NCBI GenBank assembly: GCA_012026655.1
Contig: JAAILG010000134.1
Coordinates: 62,001 to 126,000, forward strand
Direction of reading: 5' to 3'
From: Hydrolagus affinis
Lineage: Eukaryota
DNA length: 64,000 bases
Both the position numbers and the translations under genes were made by a program. The notes below the pieces were generated by a model. It was not told the DNA's origin and did no database searches. It worked only from the letters and a program-made list of their open reading frames with translations. Shown piece after piece: positions 39,880 through 53,289 of the stretch; the stretch's first letter is position 1, and each line of letters opens with the position of its first letter.

Positions 39880-40723
39880 TTGAAGGTGGCAGAGAGTACA
39901 AAGGCAAGAAAGTTCCTTTAAACCTTTATGTCATTGGTTACTTCTCAGTTGGAGTATAGTGTCCAATTCTGTGCACCTTAAGATAGCAAGCATATCAATC
40001 CTCCATCTGGCAGTCCTTCCGCCTTGCTTTCTCCCTTTCCTTCCTCTTTGACCACACCTTTGGCTGCCCCACTAACTCTTCCCCCTCTCCCACTCTCCTT
40101 CCCCCTTCTTCGACCCTCGCCCGCCCAACCCCCACCCACCCCCACTCAGGTCCCGACCAGACTGTTCAATGCTTTGGGATGTCCTCCCAACGTGAAAGGC
40201 GCTATATAAGTGCAATTTTGTTGTTGTTGTATCAAGGTCTTGGAGGAGCTGCAGGTAGAGATTCATCGGAATTGTATCAGGGTTTCGAAACTTTAGTTAT
40301 GTGGAGAGAATAGAGAAGTTGGGATTGTTCTCCTTTGAGCTGAGAAGCTTAAAAATGTTCAAAATTATGAGGGGATTTGATATAGTAGATAGGGAGAAAC
40401 TGTTTCCGCTGGCAGGTGGGTCAGTAACCAGAGGATAGATTCAAGATAATTGGAAAAAGAATCAGAGAGATGAGATGAGGATTATTATTCTACATACAGA
40501 GAGTTGTTATTTTCTGAAATGCATTACCTGAAAGACTGTGGAGACAGATTCAATAACAACTTTCAAAAGGGAATTAGATAGGTACTTGTAAGGACATATT
40601 TGCAAGCATACGGGGAAAGAGTGGGGGAGTGAGTGGAACTGATTGGCTACCTCTTCCAAAGAGCCAGCACAGGTACAGTAGGCCAAATGGCCCAATTTCC
40701 ATGATGTAATTTTCTATGATTCT
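39880..40723 (+). mobile_element. CR1 LINE 3' region interrupted by an L2 insertion
   Basis: cagttggagtatagtgtccaattctg (QLEYSVQF), resuming atcaaggtcttggag...gagaagttgggattgttctcc...ggagaaactgtttcc; ends with ttctatgattcta repeats. Confidence 0.85.
39999..40229 (+). mobile_element. L2 3' end inserted into CR1 with a 6-bp TSD (TATCAA)
   Basis: tatcaa at 39993-39998 and 40230-40235; tail gtgaaaggcgctatataagtgcaattt(tgt)n. Confidence 0.8.
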
Positions 40724-41179
40724 ACAAATCAATAGGACACAATAGAAGTAACGCTGCCTGAAGTCGATATCTTTGTGCTGAAAACTGCTTTCTAAAGCCT
40801 TTTCTCCTCTTTGGACTGAGAACAGTGTTGTGAGATATGACACATATCTACAGTGATCATTAAACATCATTGTTCTCCAGGGATGTAATTGATGTTGCGT
40901 GCTGTTGTCAGGTTCAAGTAATGCATCCACTAAATAGTCTACTTGAATGGTTATGTGAGAGCATTATTGGAGGGTCATTTGGGTAATTACGATCACTCGG
41001 AGGAACTATAAGGCAAACCCAATGCTATAATCCATGTCCCAAGAATTAAATGAATAAAATGCCTGAACTGGAATTTTGAAGGACATCCCATTGTCTCTCC
41101 AGGAATAAAACCTGTGGGGGATGGGGAGAAAGAGAAACAAATTTCATGTGCTGCCTCATCATTTCCTCCAATGTGCCAG

Positions 41180-41430
41180 TTTGGCTCAGGTGGGTTTTGC
41201 CTTTGGGTCAAAAGTTTTAGTGTTTCAGTTCCACATTAAAACTTAAGTTCATAATCTAACCTAAAACTCATTGCAATAGTGAAGAACTGCTGCATTGTTG
41301 CAGGTGTCGCTTTTTGGTAAGGAAATATACTAAGGTTATTGCCTTAGAACCAAGGTTCATTTCTCTGTTATGGGGGATATCTAAGATACAGTGACAGAAG
41401 CAGTGAATTCATCTGATGTGCTGGCCAATA
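41180..41430 (+). mobile_element. Old SacSINE1/AmnSINE-like remnant
   Basis: ttggctcaggtgg...gggtcaaaag, tgctgcattgttgcaggtgtcgctttt and tgtgctggccaata. Confidence 0.5.
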
Positions 41431-42614
41431 AAAGAATGTACTGAAATAATTACTGAAGGTAGTTTATCAAGATGGTTCATAACCAAAAATTTAAGACTTG
41501 TTCATAAAATTATCCTCCCTGAGACTGTGAAGATTAGAGGTGCATGAAGCTAAGAGAATTGAGCAAATTACAATACTGTATAAACATTATACTACCAGGA
41601 CATTTAAGGAGATAAATGACTGAATACTGGACACGTGATTTGATTTTTTTTGTATCCAAAACCAAACTGAGATTTCCATGCCTCCCACGTACACATAGAT
41701 TGTGGGAACCCGAATATTCAGTGACCCTTACAGACATTAAATGAAAATGCAATGGAAAGAATGCCTCCAATCAAATTACATTATGCTGTGAAACAACTTG
41801 TGTTGTTCCTAGGTGTGTAAAGATGGGCTTTTCAATTTTTTCAAGTGCATTCAAGTCAGAAATTAACAAATACAAAGTGTGCTTCATATATTACCATTTA
41901 ATTTGTCGACCGAACCTCTGACATATCTGCTGCACTATTCTCATTACCCCCACAACTGTAATTTAAAACCTCTACAAAGCTCAGTTCAGCCACACACACC
42001 CCACCACTCCATGGTAAAATTGAAAAATGTTAATACATTACACTACAGAATACACAGATAAATTGCCAGTAGTGAGTTTAGCATTTGAGATAAGGATCGC
42101 TGAAAAACTTACTTAAATGAACTTTTGGATTATTGCCAACTAATAAACAAACTTGTACATTTATAGCGTCTTATCATGGTAAAACATCTTAAAGCATTTC
42201 ACAAGTAATTATTGTCAAGTGTACCGACTTTTTTGAAAGCAAACATTTTTGTAGAATCCATCATTTATCTTGCATGAAGACAGTTACAATAGTAGTTCTG
42301 TTATGCATGTAGATATACATCTTCCTGAAGCAAAGGCTGTTCATTGAAGTAAATAGATACAGGAGTATATAAAAGCTTTCAATATCACTAACAGCCCTTT
42401 CTGACATAATGGTGCTGATGGTGGAACAAATGCAATTTTCAGCAGCAAGTTAAACAAGATTAATTCTGTGCAAATACGATTTGTTGAACAGCAGTTTGCA
42501 TGGTAATGAACAAGTTTTTCTGGAAAGTCATGTTTGCAGTCTATCCAATCTGGTTTTAAGTATAGAAGAAAATAGTTTAAACACCTTACAGGTTATGTAG
42601 AAATTGCTTTGTAG

Positions 42615-42946
42615 TAGGGTCCATTGATATGGAAATTTTCCGATATCGATATATCAGTGGGCTCATATCGATATATACCAATATATCGATATCGGCGGTT
42701 TTTTTTGTACTGCGCATGCGCATGCATTTGGAGGTGCGCGCGCATTCAGAGGTGCACGCGCATTCCAGTGTGTGCGCGCATTCCGATATTCGCGCACATA
42801 CACGATATACCGATATTTGCGATATATCGATTTTTTAATATATCAAATTTTTCGATATACCGATATATTTGAATTTCCAATATCGGCATATCAATATGAA
42901 AAATTATATCGATATAACTGATATATCGATATATCGCCGGACACTA
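42615..42946. mobile_element. Non-autonomous hAT-type DNA transposon (MITE), 332 bp
   Basis: Perfect 8-bp TSD CTTTGTAG (42607-42614, 42947-42954); termini TAGGGTCC and GGACACTA; dense subterminal CGATAT/ATATCG motifs; internal GCGCATTC-type repeats. Confidence 0.9.
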
Positions 42947-45900
42947 CTTTGTAGTCAGATGCAGTAAGAAAGAAACAGGATCGAAGTTGGTCTATCCAAA
43001 ACCATATGAGCTAACAGGTTCCGTGGTTTCTCATTTCATTGAGTGGTAGCTGGATTCTGGTTTGTTGCCAACAGTGATCTTTCCCCTTCACCCCTCGTGA
43101 GGTTGAGACTTCTTCACCTTATAAGAAATTGTGCAGTAAAACAAGTCTCATCACCCTTTGGTACAGCACAGTGTATCTAGAGTAAGTATACTGTAACACA
43201 AAGTGTAGACTATTTATTTGTCAACCAACATCATTTAAATTTTCCAATTCAGCACCAAGGCAAATACTCAACGTTTTGTTTCAATCATATGAAGGCAACA
43301 GCTCACCTTCTAATTGAATCACCAAAAATTCAGAAGATACATCAAGAAACCAGTGGTAAAACTAAGACGATCTAAAAAGGAAACACTGATTTTTTTAATG
43401 GAAACACTTTCCGAATGCTTTTTCAGAATACCGATAAGATCTGTCTTTGTATCCTGTAGCTGTGAAACTGAGCAGCAGGGCTCATAACCTCTGCTAATTT
43501 AATCAATAAACCACAAGCCATACTTCATAATTCAACAATGACATGTCTCTATTTCAGAAGTGTTTGTCAATAATACACACAAAACGAGACAGATCCACTG
43601 AACAGAGAACTGTGTCAAAGCCAATCAAAACAGGTAGGTGTTATGGAGCCTTGTTTCATATCATCAGTAGATCAAAAAGAGGCAAGCAAATAGACTTCAA
43701 TGCATATGGATCTTTTAGATACAACAACATCTAGAATATCATCCATAGAGCATACTCCAACTTGTTTATATATTTGCTTCTTGAAGGTGTAGGTCACATC
43801 TCTGTCAATCTTAATTTCACTCAGGGAAAAAAAAACACTTAAGGTCTGCAAGTCTCTGTTTATTCAAAGGTTAGAATACTGGAATCACCCTGATCACTCT
43901 TCTCTGAGCTCTCATCAATACTTCAATGACTTTTCGTCCATAATTGCATATTGGAAACTGTTACCTCATCAGGAATCCACAGAAGCTTAGAATAATGGGA
44001 TCAGGCTTCAGTCAGAAGGCCAGGAAATACTGTACATTGTACTTGATTCAACGTGGTCACAGCAAGCTCACATGTGACTTCCAGATTGTGAAACAAGCAT
44101 CTCACATACTACACCATTGGATTACTAATTCAGAATCACTGTCATCTTTTGAAATCCCGGGCTGCAGAATGAACAAATAGGTGAATGAACAGAAGTAGCT
44201 GTGAGTCAGCTGAAACAAATTGGTTTTGATTAAATGAAGGGAAGAGTGAATAATGCATATAAAGGAATGACTTTCCACATTAGATCTTCAGATTAAAACG
44301 TTTGTGCAAAAATGGAGATGTTTCCTATTCATCATTGCTGCCTCCATCAATATTCGCAAAATAACACAGGCACTTGGCAGGTGTCTTGATCGATTGAGAC
44401 GATTGTATTACAGTGAGGAGCGCATTTTTCCTGGAGGACAGTGGCAGCATTGGGGAAAGAAACTGGCAGAAGTTTCGAGGAGGGACTCAGAGGCATTGAA
44501 GCAGGCTGGATCTTGAGGGAAATTACCAGTCGTATTCGATTAGAATTAGTTTTTAAGGAGAGAGAAGGTTATTGCCATATCGCACTATGTTTTCTCTTTA
44601 TTTCTATTTATTTCCTGCCACAGTCCAGCATGTCCTGCTGTTGCATTGAGCCTCACATCCTTTCATTTTGCTACCAAGGGTAAACAATGAGTGTGATCAC
44701 TTCAGTCCAAAAGTGCATCAGAGGACACAATAATCAATGTCAGAAATGCAGGAGGTAAAATTAAACCAAGTGAACACATTATGAAAGACTGGCTGCTGTT
44801 GCTGCCCATAAGTGGATTAATGCTGTTTGCTTGAGTCAAATCCAAGAATGTAATGTCAGTTTCTGATTTAATCTTCAGTAAGTACAACATGGATTAAATC
44901 CTGTATGTTTATTGTGATTAATGGGCATGCATTTGTGAAAACAAAGATTAAAACAGATGACCAGTTTACAACTTAAAGAGAAACTAACCTCCAGTGGTGA
45001 AGTCATTTATCTGACTACATAATTTATTCTACATAATTTATTCCTTAAGTATGCATAATGTTTCTTAACCATTTTATTTGCAGCTTCCTTTGTTCATCTA
45101 TTTAAGGCCAGTTGTGGTACCATTCTATTTTTCCAGTTAAGATTTAAGTGTTTATAATGTGATCGCCAAAACCTCGCTACTTATGGTCTCAATTCTACGT
45201 CTTCACTCGGAAATTCAATGTGAGAGATTTCTACAGAGAGACCAACAGTCAGGGATCTCTTGTTTCTTAACGACTAAAAATGACAATCCCTTTGCTTGAT
45301 CATGATGGGAGGTAAACACCCGCCTGATTTTAAACATCTATTTTGTATTTTTCCTAAGGGCTGCCTCAACTTTATTTCGGGGTCAAACAGGCAATCAAGT
45401 AACCAGTAACCAGAGGAAGCCAAGCTAGAAGAAGTTTCGCAAGTGTATCTATTAGTAAAACACTCATCAACAGAGCTCCGTATATGTTTTCACTGTGTCA
45501 GCATAGCTTGGTTTTACTATTTTATGTTCCCACCGTTTGAAAAATAAGTAAAGCCTGATCGTGTGGCTCTCGATGACTCAGTTAAGAAAAAGAAAAAGAG
45601 ATGGACATACCTGCAAAATTCATTTGTTTTCTCCCAGGCCAGGATCAGGACTCAGTCAAGCAATTAAATGATTGTGAAACACTCAACAATTTGAGCAGTC
45701 AATATTTAAGCCAATTTTTCTCAGGCCACTGTGGTGCTGGTAACTATAACTATTTGCTTCTCCCTGGATAATTCTTAAGGCTGCTGACTCAAAATGCAGA
45801 TGAATTTTCCACAGTTAGCAGCAGTCTTTCAGCCTTCCACATGTGAGCATCAATGGGTATCTCACCTGACTCCAATGCTACATTCACCTATCAGCCACCA

Positions 45901-46834
45901 TAAACACACTCCAGCAATTCCCACCAGAAGCAGCAAACCATGCTTTTTACCCACCCGAGTAAAAGTTAAATTTGGGTGCCCAGGCCGCCTTCCTCTTTCA
46001 AACACCTTCTCACACCAGAGTAGCAACAAATGTCTGTTAACCACAGTAAAACAGCTACTTAATATCTGTTTTTAAGCTGCATAATTTTCCCTTTCAACAC
46101 ACAGTTAAAATAATGGCATTCTGACGCTTCCATCAATGCACTATTGCACTGAAAATTAGAAGTTAAATGGTCGTTTCTGGGGCTTTTGTATGTGTCCTTA
46201 CCAAGGTGAAAACTGATGGTGCTGGGGGACAGAGCATTCATTTCACTTTACACCGAGTGAAAGCAACGAGCATTTCCTAATTCAGGTGCATCAGTCACGA
46301 TGCAACATGGAGCTACCCACTCCATTACCTCAGCTCAGTGCCTAAACCTTAACGTCTGTGGATTGCCCAGTGTGGCATTTCCATTTCCCACACACAACTC
46401 CCTGATGACCCACAGCAGCTCTCAGAATGAAATTGCTAATGAGTCCCATTCGTGTTGCATTCGAGGACATTTTTGTGCAGTGAACTCGGGTCCCCAACTG
46501 GGAATACTGTAGATTGATACTGCCCAACCTCATTTCATTAATAGGACACTTGAAACCTCAGAGAGAGAGGGAGTGCGTTGGGGCTGGATTTAAATTGGAG
46601 ACCCAGTTGCAAGTGTTCTAACCCATCCAGAATGGTCCATTCAGAATCTCTGTAATAGACTTTTGATAGTTTCAATCATGGTTGCAACAGGAATACTACA
46701 GATGAAAATGTACAGTTCTATCTTAATCTTCACACAAAACACTATTCTGTAAAACAGTTATTCTCGTCATTTTCGTGCAATGCTGCAAGCTAATATAGAA
46801 GCGTAGTTGGATTCTGACAAACGCCGACACTTAT

Positions 46835-47128
46835 TAATAATAATAATAAAATCCTTGCAATTGGTACAGCACTTTTCACGTCTTTTAGACATCTCAAAGC
46901 ACTTCACAAATTGAATTGACTGTATATTTTGTGGGTGAAATGCGGCAGCCAATTGCGCACAGCAGTGCCCCACAAACAGTCTTCGATTGAAATGACCAAT
47001 TTAAAAAAAAATTAGGGAATTATTATCAGGCAGTGGAATAAAGAAATTTGCCCAAGGTTTTGTCCTGCCTGAAATCAAACCCAGATCTCTCACTTGCAAG
47101 GCGAGTGCTCTAACCACTGAGCTACAGG
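46835..47128 (-). mobile_element. Near full-length Deu SINE
   Basis: (TAA)n tail, Deu core gcggcagccaattgcgcacagcagtg, head ttgcaaggcgagtgctctaaccactgagctacagg. Confidence 0.92.
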
Positions 47129-47601
47129 TCTTCACATGCTTAGATGAAGACAAAATTAAACCATTTTTAATATTAAATTGACTCACTTTTAATAATTGTA
47201 CCTCAATCAAATTAATCCTCAGAACTGAGACTACGTGGGGTCCACCTATGTCTGAGGAGCTGTATCTGGTAATGTAACGCAGTGCTGATCATTTATCAGT
47301 CTTTGTGGAACATGAGGTTTGTTATGGGGTACTCAAAACCATAAGTCAAAAACTCTAGTCAGTATTTGGACAAGTACAGTGCTGTATAGTTAACTATATA
47401 AAGACATAAAGATGAAAAAAATAAAATTGAGACTTTAAGGATTGGTTAATAATTCCAAACAGAAGTTGGGAAATTGCTTTTGAAGAGTATACTTTCCTTC
47501 ACAAGGTGGGCCCATTGTTTGAAAATTCCTCAATGTTAAAGGAAAGCTGTGATTTGAGAGCGCCTTAACTGGGATTTTGTGCCACTTGTGAAGTGCTATG
47601 A

Positions 47602-47617
47602 TGACATCTAGTGGTCA
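47602..47617 (-). promoter_or_regulatory. Candidate CTCF-binding motif
   Basis: Reverse complement TGACCACTAGATGTCA is close to the CTCF core CCACTAGATGGCA; motif match only. Confidence 0.3.
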
Positions 47618-50600
47618 TTATGAGTAATGAACCTAACCAGAAACTTCATTCAGACATCTACAAATGTAAAATGAACAGCTCATCCAGATTGAAATGAACT
47701 GTTGGGAGTAGAATGATTGAGTTACATTTGGAGTTAAATGCCACAAGCAAACAGTAACTTCACTCTTTGAAAGCAATGAGATGAATATGCAGTTTCTACT
47801 TATTTTATGCAAATGTGTCCAGTACCAATGACATAGCATAGACAAACGCATAATACTTCAATAATTATGGAATTTCTGTGGTCAGCTTTGGGGAGAACTA
47901 ACTGTGAAATAATACAGTACTGCCTCCATTCTCTGTGCTCTAAGGTAAAGTACTGGCTGGGTTTCAGAACAGTTAACATTCCTTCCCACACTAACTTGAC
48001 AGGGAAAACATTTTCAAATCTAATCTATAAAAAGCAGCACATGTTCCCATATTATCTATTTTTCCATGCCTGGGCTTCTTGAAGCTTACACCACCAACCT
48101 ACCCCCTAATTTAAAGAGGTCACAATTGCTAAAACTCACCTCATTCATAACCTTTGGCAAACAGAAAAAAAGATGGGATTAAAGGCTTGTTTACCCTACT
48201 GCATGAATTCTGACCTTTTCTAAAGTTAGAGCTATTCTGCCATTTGTGAACTTAAAAGGCTATGTATAAAGTTTGGAAAAAATTAGCTTGCTTCAATATT
48301 ATTTCATAGCACTCATTGGAGCAAACAGGTCAATTGCCTTGACAACATATTAAAAGATATAGAATGAGGCCTTTTCTTGATTACAACATTCATCAATTGG
48401 CAAAATAAGACAAATACAAGTAGAATTTAATTGTTCATATTTTTTCTGCAGATAAGATAATTTACACTGACCAATACACATTTGGCAAAGGTCGAAAATC
48501 CAAAATACACAAGCAATCCGACATACACATAAGATTCTAGAGAAATCCAAAAGTACATAATGCAATGGTTTTCTCTTTATACAGTGAAGTATATTACTGC
48601 ATGACACTAACATATTGATTTGGCATAGGCTGACCCCATTTTCATTTTCTCACAGTAATTCCCATCAATGAAATACAGAAAAGACAGGGAAAATGTGGTT
48701 TTCCACACAGCACGAGCATACTGTGAACTCGCTAAGCACAGTAACTAATCTATTTTGCAGGGATTTTTTTTTCCAAAATAGGTCATCATGAATGCTTTTC
48801 TGTGGAAATCATTCATCACTTTATCTTTCTAACCACCCAAATGATTAAATTAAAATTGCAGGAACTTATGGTGTAAAAATTATTAAAATGTTCAGAATGT
48901 ACAACATACTACACCACAAAAAATGTAATTATTGAGGATTTTCCTCAGATTATATGAGTTGCCTTTCAAGGGGGATTGTTGTGTGTAACCCAGAAAGCAC
49001 TTAAGATTCTGGCAACAATGGGGAACTGAAATTTTGATCCTCCAAAGATCTGAGAAAGAGATAACTGTACAGTTGCAAAGATTTATGTCCTACCCTTTAT
49101 CCAAGGACAGCAGATGACCAGACATTGCAAATGAAACAGCTGAAAACAATAAGTCCCATATTAAATTGCATCTCCTACTGACCTGCAGAAAACTAATCCA
49201 GCAATGCTGCTGTATTTAGGCAGTCAAATGAGTGTATTCTTCATTTTGTAGCCACTTTAACCGTCTTATGGGATTTTCAGAAAGGCTGAGCCAACCTAGA
49301 ATTTAGTAGATCCACTTTTTGCTTTAGTTTGAACTGCTCACCCTCGTTAATACAAGGCAATCTGGCCCCAGACTTTCCAATAAAGTCATGCTGCCTACAA
49401 CTAATAAAAAGTGCATTAGTGTCTCCATGGTCTAGATCAGCCGATTAAAGATTTAAACTGGCCCTCACCCGCCCATTTGTTTTTTCACAACAGTCTGGAA
49501 ATGCCAATGATCAGCAATTTGAAACTCCATAACTTAAGGGCTATCTTAATAAAACTCCATGATAGTTTAAATACCAATGTTTTAATCTAGAACAGTGAAG
49601 TCATTGCTAATTTTGTTTGATACTCAAAAGTCATTGAATAACCACATTGTAAAATACACACACTTTGTGCCTTCAAAGTGGATGCACAAGAGCAGAACAC
49701 AGTGGTTCAATGTTGGAGCTTGAATCCAACATAAGCATATTCTTCAATAAACTAGAAAAGTTTGGTTCATTTCCCATCTCAAATAAGCACCCTGCTGTAA
49801 TAGTGCAAGTTATTCCATGCCCCACACTAACCAATCTAAATGAAGCTGCTAGTTTAGCGCTGAAGAACCTACAGAAATTGCACTCAGACTAAACTGATCC
49901 TCTAAATTGTTGCCTGGGGAATTTAACCCATCCATTCCCTCAGTGGCCAGCAGCATTTTGGTAAACTTCACAGCAGTTTTTCATCCATTGTCAAAATGTG
50001 ACCATACTGCTTCAGGCTATGGCAACACATTAATATTAGGGAGCATCAATCAGGCCTTTGTATTCTCATCCTTTCCTTTATCAATGGAAACATTTCTGAA
50101 AAGGATGTCTCTACTGTTCTGGTCATCAATAGGGATTTTCTTCAACCTCTACCATACTATTTGACATTATCCCTTTTTGTGATAATCAGCATCAAGCAGA
50201 ACAAGTCCACGTTTGTGATTCCCATTTCAGATAGAGATCCAGTCATTATTGACAGCATTTGTTATGGGGGAAAAGGTGACCTATAGATTAGGTCAAGAGA
50301 CTTCAATCAATGATGAGTGATTTATGGTCAGACTTGCTAGAGAAGTAATAATTCAGAATGCACAAGTATTTTGTAAAAGAAAGTATTTCCCCCTTGTAAC
50401 ACACAGCAATTACTTTCCTAATCATTTTGCTACAAAGAGGAAATTTTAATACAAAGATTATAATTTGAGCAATTACAGGAAAAGTATTAATGATTTAAGA
50501 GTGCATATTCAATGTGTTCTATCTTCAGGTGATTAGATTTTGCTAACTCATTAAATAATAAACTATTGTAAAGGACAGTATGGCACCATTGCACAAAAAC

Positions 50601-50753
50601 AACTATTGGTCTACCTACCTGAAAGTTCCGCTGACAAGTCAGGCTGTCTGAAATACTAATTAACCTTGCATTTGATATAGCATATCAGATAGATGACTCA
50701 AAGTCGATGTTTCGGTTAAGTGTGATTATTTGAGATTATCTCTTCAGCAGTAC

Positions 50754-50881
50754 CTTGCATTATTTCGGATCCAGCTGGCTCAGAAACTGGACTGCCCAAG
50801 ACCACCGCACAAGGTTGACTCAATTCAAACATTCTGTTGCCAAGCATGCCACCTTGTGTCCAGCTCAGATCCAAGAAGAAT
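50754..50881 (-). CDS. Candidate internal exon (128 bp, phase 2 to 1): FFLDLSWTQGGMLGNRMFELSQPCAVVLGSPVSEPAGSEIMQ
   Basis: Acceptor tttgtgactccttgacAG and donor AAG|gtactg; the only open frame is the one that links the 57410-57594 exon to the 7368-7615 exon. Confidence 0.35.
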
Positions 50882-51334
50882 CTGTCAAGGAGTCACAAAT
50901 AGATTGCTATAGTCTCAGCGTCACTTAGGATATCAGAGAGGGCAAAAACGAATTCCCTCTTCACCGGAGAGCAGGAAGCAAGTAAAACCCTTGAAGAACA
51001 TTTCCTTTAAAAAAACTGATTGAAGGAAGCTTCTCCACAGCCAGCCCAACAATATTGTCTTATACAGTACGGTATTCATGTAGTGGCGCTGCATTTTTCA
51101 ACTATAATCTACAAACTCAGATGTGTGCTTGATATTGTGAAAAGTAAAAATATTATTCCTTCTACACCTCACGATTTGAAGAGATAGTTTTGAAACCCAT
51201 AGTGTCCATTATGGCCCTCTATCAAATGGCAATAACTAATTGAACACAAACTGTGTTGCCAAGGTTTTAAGTGTGAACTGTAAGCTTGGTTGGCAGGTTC
51301 ATTAAGATCAACGTTAAGTACCTTTCCTTTATGT

Positions 51335-51560
51335 GTGTCAGCCTCGCTCAGTGGTAGTCTTTGAGTCAGACATCTATCCTTATCACTGACATCTGCAAAA
51401 ACTCAAGTCCCTCTTTGGGTCTTAGAATCACATGATCTACACTGACATGATCCAATGCAATGCAGGGAGTGGGGGGAGCAGGGGTGTTGCATTGTACCGT
51501 CCTTCAGATGAAATGTTAACCAAGGTCCTGCCCTGCATGTTCAGGTGGATGTTAAAGATG
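51335..51560 (+). mobile_element. Old SacSINE1/AmnSINE-like 5' half
   Basis: gtgtcagcctcgctcagtggtag...tgagtcaga, ccgtccttcagatgaaatgttaacc and tcaggtggatgttaaagat. Confidence 0.65.
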
Positions 51561-53289
51561 TGTTTCAATGCAAGTTACATCACTCGTTGCTATGGAAGTT
51601 GCCATGCAGATGCCAGAGCCTGACATTGAATCCTTTTAAACAAAACAAGTGAAATATAATAAATAATAATCCTTACATTTGGTATTGACCTTTTATGTTA
51701 GATGGATTCCTGAAGTGCTTCACAGAATACAATGTAAAGTGCAGAGTCTGATTGTTTTCCTGGTTGAACCACATAAGACCAGGAGTTAGTCATTTCTGAA
51801 TCATTGTTGTTTTAAGATTATTTTATTTCTAACCCATTTGATCTGAAAGCCTCTAAAATAGGATCACTTCATCAGCACTGTACTCAGTATCTGGAGCCTA
51901 GATGTCCACTGAAATTTCAGCCTTAAGAATAAGGCATTCAGCTAATGTGAAAAGGACTAATCATTGCCATTCAGATGCTCTTTCCCTTTCAGATTTCTAG
52001 GCAGCAAATAATTTTATATCTCTTTTGAGTTGTGTAAAAAAAACACACACAGTGGGGATGCTCCCTAATAACTAGAAGTAAATGTATGATGTTGTGTGGT
52101 CTGATGGATGACCATGGTGTGGTGTCACACCTGGGACCTTACAAATCAGACAGCTCAGCTTGTCTTTCGGCTGCTTCTCCCAGAGGAGCCAGTTTTCAGA
52201 CTCAATCCTGTGGATTAGTTCAGAGGTGTTTCCCTGGACAATGGTTTCATTTACCAGAAGCACTCCCAGAATAACCTCAGTATTGTAGAGGTCAGCGAAG
52301 ACATTTCCCAGTAACATTATTTGGGAATTTAAACTTGTGTCAGAAACCTCTGCCTGGACCTGGTAGGCCCAGCAGTTACCTAATGGTACTCCCAGGACTG
52401 ATGTTGGTACATTGGACTCTTACCTGGTCAGTTGCTGGGCATTTTAGTTTAGTTATTTTAGACGATCCATTTAAGCCAGCAAAGTCTGCTTCAGGTCAGA
52501 TCGAGAGCAGTCGGTAGATTCTTTTGAGTGATTGAATTACATTGATAACACTAGTAACCAATGTATGATCTCACTTCAGTTCACACAAGCAGCATCGTTA
52601 GTTTGTATTTCAGTCACCAACATTCAGAATGCCAAAGGATATTCAATCCAGAAACATCAAACCAAATGCTTTTCAGAACTGCACAACGCAAAACATGTGC
52701 TCTTTAAATCCAACTGTGCACTATCACCCAAACTTGAATTTGGGGGGAAAATGCAGATTTCTGCAAAACTGTATTCATTTTGGTCATTTGCAATGCTCAC
52801 TTTCTGTTCAGTTAGGGAGATATTTATTGATAGGGAGCCATGGAACAAGATGACTTATTTCTAGAACACAGTATTGTACTTGTATTTTGAAACAAGGGAG
52901 TATAAGACTATATATTCTTAGGAATGAGGGGATGTTGTGTAACAGGCTTGCTAGAAAAAAAAGGAATGCTTTGTAAAAGTAATTTATTTGATTTACTGAG
53001 TGTATTTTTGCCACACTTGTGAAAATGCTGGTCTGAAAATGTAAACTGTCAATAAAGTGAATGCTGCTCTTAGGATATAACAAATCTAAGGATAACGTGA
53101 CAGACCAGATAAGGCACAATTTTGATTTGTTTAATGCAACTTCTGTTGACCAAAAGAATGGATAATACACAAAGTAAAATGTCCACAAAAACCTCGTTAC
53201 ATAAAAAATGCGATCCATAAATAGACCCCCAAACAAAGGACAAGTTGCTCTTAAAATACTACTTCTATATAACTCTTTCATTTTACTTG

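Noticed and set aside
42624-42872. ORFs with repeated CARI motifs
   Set aside because: Translation of the internal repeats of the hAT MITE
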